DNA of 64,000 nt, taken from assembly GCA_964016885.1 (NCBI GenBank), contig OZ024762.1, positions 18,910,001 to 18,974,000 of the forward strand, given 5' to 3'. Both the position numbers and the translations under genes were made by a program. Below, piece after piece: positions 53,869-64,000 of this stretch. The notes below the pieces were generated by a model. It saw only the letters and a program-made list of their open reading frames with translations. It did not search any database and was not told the origin of the DNA. The DNA comes from Eledone cirrhosa (Eukaryota). Within the stretch, counting starts at the first letter, position 1, and each line of letters opens with the position of its first letter.

Positions 53869-53982
53869 ATATATATATATGTATATATATAAGATAGAAT
53901 GGATGAAAAGAACGTGTTTTTCAGTACAGGGTGTTTGTTACCAACAGAATGAAAGACATAAACGCGGGTCCGTTGCTTCATT

Positions 53983-54018
<36 letters not shown>

Positions 54019-54090
54019 TATACAATATCTATATCTATACATCAACACGACGCTCACTCACATACACACACATAGACACGTATATATATA

Positions 54091-54142
<52 letters not shown>

Positions 54143-54597
54143 AACACCACGCTCACTCCCATACACACACAAACAGGGACAGAGACACACACACAGACAC
54201 ACACAAACAGGGACACGCACACAAGCACACACAAGCACACACACACACACATATACAGTTTGTTTATTTTCACAATGGTGTTTATACTTGGAGCCAAAAT
54301 GCCGAATTATATGTAATTGAGGCGAGAAAATACTTCTAAAACACACATCCAATTTTATTTTACGTTTACAGGAATATTTTCTTTATAATTTGTTTCTCTG
54401 AATTTGCTTTTCCGACAATCAATATATTTATGTTTACTTTACATCGTTTGCATATTTATTTTTTTCCTTTTCGGAGGTATATTCCTATATTGCTATTCAT
54501 ACATGTGACAGAGTGCTTGTACAGATGTACACTCAAACTTGTATATGACTGAGTGCATGTGCGCATGTGCACATGTACACACACGCACGCACACACA

Positions 54598-54629
<32 letters not shown>

Positions 54630-54654
54630 CACGCGTGCACACACACGCACCCCC

Positions 54655-54995
54655 CACACACAGAGTTGTATGTGATTGCGTGTTTGTGCGCGTGTACATA
54701 CACACACACAGTTGTATGTGATTGTGTGATTATGTGCATGCACACACACACATATACACAGTTGTATGTGATTGTGTGATTGTGCGCATGCACACACTAA
54801 CACACACACACATACACAGTTGTATGTGATTGTGCGCGTGTACATACACACACACACACAGTTGTATGTGATTGTGTGCTTGTGCGCGTGTACACACACA
54901 CACACACACACGCGCAGTTGTATGTGATTGTGTGCTTGTGCGCGTGTACACACACACACACACACACGCAGTTGTATGTGATTGCGTGCTTGTGC
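54655..54995. repeat. Compound minisatellite cagttgtatgtgattg...(ca)n, ~7 copies
   Basis: Direct inspection. Confidence 0.85.
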
Positions 54996-55191
54996 ACTTG
55001 TATACATACATGTATGCGTGTTTCATGCGTTTTATATTCACACACATGTGTCCATTGTATGTGTTTGTCAGCCCGGTAAACACACGCTTATATATATATA
55101 TATATATATATATAACGAAGGAAATGTGGTAAGGAACCAGGTGGACCATAACGCACCAAAGTACTCAATACTTAGGGTAGTAGAGTGGGTA

Positions 55192-55463
55192 ATAGGAACG
55201 AGTAGGACCCCGACGGCTGAGCTCAAGCCGTTTCGACGGCTAATTCTGGACTGAATGAAAATTTATTCTGGTATTTAAATAGCCGAGTTTATCAAGGGGT
55301 AATTCGATATATGGTCAAAGAGACAATCACCAGGATTCTTTGACCATATATCGAATTACCCCTTGATAAGCTCGGCTATTTAAATACCAGAATAAATTTT
55401 CATTCAGTCCAGAATTAGCCGTCGAAACGGCTTGAGCTCAGCCGTCGGGGTCTTACTTGTTCC

Positions 55464-55466
<3 letters not shown>
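55192..55466. mobile_element. Near-perfect 130-bp inverted repeat (15-nt loop) with a hammerhead-like motif in each arm
   Basis: Arms 55192-55321 and 55337-55466 have 3 mismatches. Right arm: acccc-TTGATAA-gctcggcta...tagccgtc-GAA-acggct tgagctc agccgt-C-ggggt. Confidence 0.85.
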
Positions 55467-55523
<57 letters not shown>

Positions 55524-55570
55524 GTCTTCTTCGTCTTCTTCTTCTTATTATTATTATATCATTATTATAT

Positions 55571-55952
55571 GGTGGATTGGCAGTATCGGTAGAGGGTCGG
55601 ACGCCATGCTTTGACGCATAGAGTTACGGCCCTTGCCATTCTGAGTTCAAATCCTGCCGATGTTAACTTTGCCTTTCATCCTTACGGGGTCGATAAAATA
55701 AAGTACCAGTAATACACTGGATTAATTGCTGGCCTTGTGCCAAAAGTAGAAACAATTATTATTATATCATTATTATAGAATTGTTAGCGGGTCGGATAAC
55801 GTACTTTGTGGCAGAGAGTTACGGCCCTTTACGATCTGAGTTCAAATCCCGCCGTGGTTAACTTTGCCTTTCATCCTTACGGAGTCGATAAAATAAATTA
55901 CCAGTAATACACTGGGGTAATTGCTGGCCCTGTGCCAAAAGTAGAATCAATT
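55571..55952 (+). mobile_element. Two tandem SINE copies
   Basis: Copies at 55571-55758 and 55778-55952. Confidence 0.9.
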
Positions 55953-55999
55953 ATACTTGCTAAGAATGTAGCTTCTAATTTGAATGGAAGGCGATGGGT

Positions 56000-56070
56000 G
56001 ATGTGTTGGTGTAATGGTAGCATAGTAGTCCGGAAAACTAAAAATGTGGGTTCAACTCCCATGTACGTCA
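56000..56070 (+). pseudogene. tRNA-like sequence (pseudo-tRNA or SINE head)
   Basis: A-box tggtgtaatgg, B-box ggttcaactcc, wobble-rich acceptor stem gatgtgt/gtacgtc and an imperfect anticodon stem. Confidence 0.55.
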
Positions 56071-56206
56071 ATACTCATGTTTTTCCATTTCTTAGAATGT
56101 TCTAAACCCCACTATCAGGTTAAAATTTCTTTAGTACAAAAATATGGCGAAAGCTTCTATTTCTAATTTCAAACCCCCTCGCTGTTTCAAAACATACTTA
56201 CCTGTC

Positions 56207-56246
<40 letters not shown>

Positions 56247-56324
56247 CTGTGTGTGTGTGAGTGTTTGTGTGAGTGTTTGTGTGTGTGTGTGTGTAAAAGG
56301 TAAACAGAAATAACAACACAATCG

Positions 56325-56491
56325 GTACAGTATATGGAAGGAATATATGTGGTTAACGCTTGAAATAGTGGGAAGAGGGTCTTAACGTTTCGGACGCTAG
56401 TTCTTCATCAGAAAAACAATGAGAAATAAGATAGATTGAAGGGACGGGTGGTGTGGAATTGGAGAAAAATGTCTTTAGATAAAAATAACAG
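56325..56491 (-). mobile_element. PLE pseudo-LTR-like repeat with minimal hammerhead (copy at 58985-59153)
   Basis: Minus strand CTGATGAA-gaac tagc gtcc-GAAACGTT-aaga at 56380-56415; the ~165-bp block repeats at 58985. Confidence 0.7.
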
Positions 56492-56628
56492 GTGTTGAAA
56501 ATAAGACCAAATATTGTTAATTACATCATATTTTAATTAAGACATAGGTCAGATTCAAATGTAAATATTTTACCGGTAATGTAAACTCAGATACGTAATG
56601 AATCGTAGAGGTAATAATGTTTCTTGTA

Positions 56629-56722
56629 TTAATTCTGATGAAGCCAATCATTCGATCATATAATTAATTAACTGATAATTAATTATATATCTTGTGAGAT
56701 GGAAGAAACGTGAGTTAATTAA
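56629..56722 (+). ncRNA. Type I hammerhead-like motif with long helix II
   Basis: ttaatt-CTGATGA-agcc...atataattaatt/aattaattatat...tggaa-GAAAC gtga GTT-aattaa. Confidence 0.55.
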
Positions 56723-57133
56723 AATATGGTATGATTAACAGCATTTTTGGTCTTATTTTCAATGTATTATTTGCTCTATGAGAGCACTTAACCATTTGAA
56801 ACAAGGAGTTAATGCAAGTAAATCGTGTATGCAGCCTTCTGAGGAGTTTACTCTAATAAATCTAATATTTTGAGCTGTAATATCTTCTTCGCCTTCCTTT
56901 ATCTGTTTTCGTATTTGCAAATGACTTATTCTAAATAAATAAATAAATAAATAAGTAAATAAATAAATATATATATATATAGAAGGAATTGGTAGTTTAT
57001 ATATATATATGTGTGTGTGTGTGTGTATGTACATATGAATATACGTATGTGTATATATGTACATATGAATATACGTATGTGTATATATGTACGTATATAT
57101 ATGTATGTATGTATATATATATATATTTATATA

Positions 57134-57181
<48 letters not shown>

Positions 57182-57307
57182 TGTGTGTGTGTGTATGTAT
57201 ATATGAATATATGTGTGTGTGTGTGTATATACATATGTAAATATATATATATATATATTATATTTATATGTATATATATACACATATCTATATGTATACA
57301 CACACAA

Positions 57308-57344
<37 letters not shown>

Positions 57345-58503
57345 CATACATACATACATACCTCTCTGTATATATGCGAGAGATAGAGATAAAACCAATT
57401 CTCAGTGAGATAGTTAAATCTATATCTACACAAACACACACACCGATACGAAACTTTATAAATATGTAAATACAAATATTTCTATAGATTCACAGATACA
57501 TATAGAAGGCCAGTCATAAACAAGCTGCAATATGATAGAAAGTCAATTGATGAATATAACAACACATCTGTATGTGAAGGAAACATATGTTGCTTAGTAT
57601 GCATATATGCACCAAGTCGTGATTATAACAGGAACACAAGAGAATATATATATACAGAATACTAGATAACGCTAGCATACATCGATTGCAAAGCTGCAAG
57701 ACATAAGGTTATATAAAAATGTTGTCATTTCCTCTCTGTATTTTTCGTCTTTACTGTGTAGATGAAGGAATGGTGCTTGTGAATTCAAAAGATTATTTTG
57801 AAGTAACAAACACATATATATGTTAGTATTTCAGCATATATCTTAAAATACAGTATTGCAAGAACTGCTGTCCCTGCTGATAACAAGAACCGAACATACA
57901 CCAGTCTATCAAAACCATAAACATTCTTTTTAAATTTAGGTTCGTATCTTGTGTAAATTAAACTTTCATTTGGGGTCTACTGGTTGGAAATATTACCGGG
58001 GTCCTAGTGTATTAATTATTGTAGAAAAGAAAATTAATTAAAGGGTATTTAGTTTATTTAGTTACAGTGTGGGGAGGGAGGGATAGCTACAACCCAGAAA
58101 ACCAGAACCATAAAGATCTACTTAATCCGCCATTTGTAACAGGAATCGGTCTTCATGAACTTACGATCATACGACGAAAACTAAACAAAAACACACACGC
58201 ACACGCACACGCACACGCACACACACACACAGTAATAATAATAGTAATAATAATAAATTTGAAGACTAAAATCGAAAGAGGGCTCGATAAGGATAAATAT
58301 ATATCAAATGTATAAGAATCCTAGAGCAAATATTTATTAAAATAACAGATTAAAGTTTAATAAATAAACAGAGAACAAATATATATATAACCAAAGATTT
58401 ATATGGTTCGTTGATTATTCAACGAATACAATTTTGCAATAGATTAGAAGCACTCGACAGTATATTTTCCTGGAGTATTTAATGTTATTCAAAATATTAA
58501 TCA

Positions 58504-58773
58504 ATGAAAAATATTCTCATAATCAAAGTATATATTTATTATACATCTTTCAAAGGTACAATGGTGTTTAAGTACGTTTTCATCAGATAAAATTTTGGTT
58601 TTGATCATTCAATTCCAATAGTGGCACTATTGGAATTGAACAATCAAAACCGTAGCGGTATGTCGCATATCCAATCTTATATATTTTATCTGATGAAAAC
58701 GTACTTAAACACCATCGTACCTTTGAAATATGTATAAGAAAATATATATTTTGATTATGAGAATATTTTTCAT
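58504..58773. mobile_element. Fold-back element with two divergent hammerhead motifs
   Basis: Arms 58504-58593 and 58683-58773; CTGATGA-aaacgtac...gtaccttt-GAAA on both strands; central hairpin ttcaattccaatagtg/cactattggaattgaa. Confidence 0.8.
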
Positions 58774-58824
58774 ATATTAATATTTTCAAAACCGGAGCGG
58801 GTGATAGAAATGATAGGAAATGTG

Positions 58825-59153
58825 TCTTAACGTTCCGGACACTAGTCCTTCATCAATATATAGAACGAGAAATAAAAGATGAAATAGACAGATAAAGAGT
58901 GGGAAGAGAATGAAATGGAAAAAACTGATAAAAGAAAAACACGCATGCGTATTCAGTCAGTCAATTTGGAGAAATAGGTGAGTTGGTACAGTACATGGAA
59001 GGAATATATGAGGTTAACGCTTAAAATAGCAGGAAGAGGGTCTTAACATTTCGGATGCTAGTCCTTCATCAGAAGAAAGAATGAGAAATAAGATAGATTG
59101 AAGGGACGGGCGGCGTGGAGTTGGAAAAAAATGTCTTTAGATAAAAATAACAG
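58825..59153 (-). mobile_element. Two further minimal hammerhead motifs and a pseudo-LTR copy
   Basis: Minus TTGATGAA-ggac tagt gtcc-GGAACGTT-aaga (58825-58856) and tctt-CTGATGAA-ggac tagc atcc-GAAATGTT-aaga (59041-59077). Confidence 0.7.
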
Positions 59154-59329
59154 AAATGGGTGAGTTGGCAGGCCCATTAAAACGGTAGCTGAACTAGTGA
59201 TCTCGTTAGATGTTATTTGAAAACCAGTGGTAATGTATCAACACGCCAGATCCTCAATACAAACATTTCCAATTTCCATAGTATAGCTTGGTTGGTTCAT
59301 TTACTCGTTTGTATACAAACCTTCTATGC

Positions 59330-59366
<37 letters not shown>

Positions 59367-59380
59367 AATATATATATACA

Positions 59381-59432
<52 letters not shown>

Positions 59433-59455
59433 CAGACATATATATATACAGACAG

Positions 59456-59488
<33 letters not shown>

Positions 59489-59849
59489 CATATGTGTATA
59501 TATGTATATATATATATATATATACATATGTACACATATGCATATATATATATATATATATATAGACATCAGATTTTCCTTTATATATATATATATAGTT
59601 TTTTTACTGTGTGTCTTTGTACATGTTTCAGTGTGTGCGTTTGTGCATGTGTGCATGTGCACACGTGTGCATATGTGCATAATACCTGTTCCAGAAGACT
59701 CCAATAGAGAATAGATGCAATACTTTACCAAACTTCACGATAACCAATAATCAATTCGAATTCCGATTGTGTTACTTTTTTCTTCCTTCTTTTCTGGAAA
59801 ATCCCAGTTTTTTTAAAGTTTTTATGTAAGTACTTAGTTCTAGAATACA

Positions 59850-59886
<37 letters not shown>

Positions 59887-59959
59887 TATACATATATATA
59901 TATACATATATATACGCATGTGGGCATCTATGTATATATATGTGTGTGTGTGTGTGTGT

Positions 59960-60315
59960 GTATGTGTATTCATACGTGTAGATATGTATGGAGCTATCTA
60001 CCTATATATATGTGTATGTGTGTGTGTGTGTGCGCGCGTGTGTGTATTCATACGTGTAAATATGTATGGAGGTATCCACCTACATATAATATTAGTGTGT
60101 GTGTGTGTGTTTGCGTGTGTGTATTCATACGTGTAAATATGTATGGAGGTATCTACCTACATATAATATTAGTGTGTGTGTGTGTGTGCGGGTGTGTATT
60201 CATACGTGTAGATATGTATGGAGGTATCTACCTATATATAATATGAGTGTATGTGTGTGCGTGTGTATTCATACGTGTAGATATGTATGGAGGTATCTAC
60301 CTACATATAATATGT
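59960..60315. repeat. Minisatellite of about 65-80 bp, 5 copies
   Basis: gtattcatacgtgta(g/a)atatgtatggaggtatctacct with a variable (gt)n spacer. Confidence 0.85.
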
Positions 60316-60398
60316 ATGTGTGTGTATGTGGTGTGTGTGTGTATGTTCATAGGTATGAAATAAGTTTTATATGTAGAAATATATCTATATATGTGTGC

Positions 60399-60442
<44 letters not shown>

Positions 60443-60513
60443 GTGTATATATATATGTATATATATATATGTATATATATATATGTATATATATATATGT
60501 ATATATGTATATG

Positions 60514-60547
<34 letters not shown>

Positions 60548-60555
60548 TACATATG

Positions 60556-60619
<64 letters not shown>

Positions 60620-61193
60620 TGTGTGTATGTGGGGTGGGGGGGGGGGGGTATTTCGTCATACTCGTAAATATCTATTTGTACGTATCTACCTGTATAATAT
60701 GTATCTGTATGTGAACATGCATATAAGAATGTATATATATATATATATATAAGTATATATATATAAGTATATATATATGTATGTATATATATATGTATGT
60801 ATATATATATGTATGTATATATATATAAGTATATATATATATGTATGTATATATATATATGTACATACATCTATATATGTATATATATGTATGTACATAC
60901 ATCTATATATGTATATATATGTATGTACATACATCTGTATATGTATATATATATATGTATATATACTTACTTATATATATATCTATATATCTATACATAC
61001 ATATATATATGTATATACATGTATATACATATATATATGTACATACATATATATATGTATATATATATACACATACATATATAGATGTATGTACATTACA
61101 TATATATATATGTATATATATACATATATATATATGCATGGATGTATGTATATATATATATAAATATATGTATATATATATATATACGTATGC

Positions 61194-61244
<51 letters not shown>

Positions 61245-61290
61245 TGGATGTATGTATATATATATACATATATATATATATGCATGTATG

Positions 61291-61341
<51 letters not shown>

Positions 61342-61811
61342 GTATATAAATACATATATATATGTGCATGGTAGTATGTATGTATATATATATAAAGTAT
61401 ACATATATATATATTTTTGCATATTTTAATATATATATATAAGTATATATATATATATATATGTTTGCATATATATATATATATGTCTGTGTGTGTGTGT
61501 ATGACAACGTGCTCTCCTGCTTCAGTATCGAAGAGTAGGGGTTTTTTTTGGTTTTTTTCTTTAAAATCTTTTTGCATTACATATATGTTAGGTTTTATAT
61601 TGCTTTTCATCCCAGACCTACCGCAGTTATCTATCTTTGTTGAAGTAGTGATGCAAGAAAATGGAGGAAAGAAATAGGATTTATCCGGGAGAGTGTGGGG
61701 CTGCGGAAGTAAAATAGTGTATGAAATACTACTTATCTATATATATACATTCTGTTTTATGAAAATAGAACCAATGGCGTATTTATATATATATATGTGT
61801 GTGTGTGGGTG

Positions 61812-61867
<56 letters not shown>

Positions 61868-62355
61868 AAATATAATATATATGATTTATATTTATAAATG
61901 TAAGTGTATATATATATATGTTTGTATTAATACAAATGTAGACAAATATATATACACACGTATGAGTGTGTATGTCTGTGGCGTAGATTACATTAATACA
62001 GATACGCTGACAAAAATGCACATATGTATGCATATATACATACATACAAATATATATATATATGTATATAAATATATACATATATATATATATATATGTA
62101 TAAAATATATAAATATATATACACACACATATATATACATGTATATATAATCACAACACACACATATATGTAAATATTAATATAAATATATATATATATA
62201 TTCATATATATATATATATATCTACCCCCCCCCCAAAAAAAAAAATATATATATATATATATACATATATATACAAAAAAAAATATATATATACAAATAT
62301 ATATATATATATACATATATATACAAAAAAAATATATATATATACAAATATATAT

Positions 62356-62386
<31 letters not shown>

Positions 62387-62397
62387 CAAATATATAT

Positions 62398-62446
<49 letters not shown>

Positions 62447-62463
62447 AAAAAAAATATATATAT

Positions 62464-62501
<38 letters not shown>

Positions 62502-62825
62502 AAATATATATGTAAATGCGTGTGTGCGCCTGAAAGTGTACATGTGTATATATAATCTATTGTTTTCCAATGTTGATAGGCGGAGTTGAAAGCGTACATC
62601 TTTGATCCGAACGCTATTCGCGGGAGAAGACAAAAGCGGAATCATCATATTCTTTTTATTATTTCCTTTAGTTTCACTCTTAGTTTTGCCATCGATGTTG
62701 TTGTTGTTGTTTTTGTTGCTGTTGTTGTTGTTTTTGTTGCTGTTGTTGTTGTTGTTGTTGTCTATATAAGACATTATTATGAACATTTTTTTATCGTTAT
62801 TATTTTTCTTACTATTCCTAACTTC

Positions 62826-62858
<33 letters not shown>

Positions 62859-62871
62859 ATGTATGCATATT

Positions 62872-62905
<34 letters not shown>

Positions 62906-62985
62906 ATATATATATGCATATATATATATATATGCATATATATATATATATATATATATGCATATATATATATATATATATATGC

Positions 62986-63016
<31 letters not shown>

Positions 63017-63125
63017 CATATTTATATATATATATGCATATATATATATATATATATATGTATGCATATTTATATATGGTATTTTGTAGCTTGCCCTTTG
63101 TACGTATTTGTTTTCATACTGTGTT

Positions 63126-63161
<36 letters not shown>

Positions 63162-63420
63162 TGTATACTCCTCTCGTATATATATATATATATATATATA
63201 GATGTGTGTGTGTGTGTGGGTGTTTTTTAAATGAACAGATCTTTATTTTTTTCTGTAAGAATTAAATTACAAGCTCTCTCACCAGAACACCCCACCCCAC
63301 ACACCACTGCTTCTATCATACCCCCTCTTTCTCTGTATCCAGCGGAAAGTCTTTTTCAATTAAGGAGCTATAATGGATGTATTTTATGGTGAATCTTTGG
63401 TATATTATTTCATTACTTAT

Positions 63421-63608
63421 GGCGGTGAATTGGCAGTATCGGTAGAGGGTTGGACGCCATGCTTTCTAGAATAGTTACGTCCCTTTACAGTCTGAGTTCA
63501 AATCCCGCCGAGGTTAACTTTGCCTTTCATCCTTAAGGGGTCGATAAAATAAAGTACCTGTAATGTACTGGGTAATTGCTGGCCTTGTGCCTATAGTAGA
63601 AACAATTA
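63421..63608 (+). mobile_element. tRNA-derived SINE copy
   Basis: Near-identical to 381-566. Confidence 0.9.
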
Positions 63609-64000
63609 TTACATTACCTACGTTTATTAATCTCCCTTAACTAATTACTGGTACACGGTCTTTTAAACAATACGATCGTTTATTGTTATTTCAAATGTTT
63701 ATTATATATTTGTTAGTGGACATCTTGTTGCAGTAAACTAAAGGAAACGCCTTAATATTTTTAATGATGCATTCATAGAACTGTTTTGTATTTTCAACAA
63801 TACTTTGGTAATACGGTTTACTGTGGTTTATTAATTCAAAGGTTTATAATATATTTACTAGTGGATAAATTATTGTGAAAATTTGCAGTATTATAATAAA
63901 AATCTTTAATATTTAATGTGATGAAGTGACAGTGCTGTTTTGTATCTTTCAAGATGTCTAGTTAATGCGGTCTATTCTAATATGGTATAGGACTTCAGAG

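Noticed and set aside
56000-56070. Functional tRNA gene
   Set aside because: Weak acceptor and anticodon stems and no U33; treated as a pseudo-tRNA or SINE head.
56194-56205. U1 snRNA 5' end (atacttacctg)
   Set aside because: Only 11 nt match, followed by (TA)n; no U1 body.

Overview
AT-rich, microsatellite-saturated eukaryotic DNA. The SINE and LINE content is typical of a coleoid cephalopod, probably an octopus (inferred from repeat style, not verified). No protein-coding gene can be called with confidence: nearly all long ORFs are read-throughs of (TA)n, (CA)n, (CAC)n, (GAA)n or minisatellites. The window holds: about 18 copies of one tRNA-derived SINE; LINE fragments (RTE/Expander, RTE-X-like, Tx1 with a 22-bp TSD, and an R4/Dong-type RLE element stacked in (CATA)n); bipartite non-autonomous RTE elements ending in a C2H2 finger; small piggyBac-, mariner- and Helitron-like elements; a ~9.8-kb 51/52-bp satellite with higher-order repeats; an 18-bp minisatellite that grew from an RTE (GAA)n tail and spells a 601-aa Lys/Ala ORF; and a 200-N gap. 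The least expected signal is at least 10 hammerhead-ribozyme-like motifs of the minimal Penelope (PLE) type. Several sit back to back in the two arms of fold-back palindromes.
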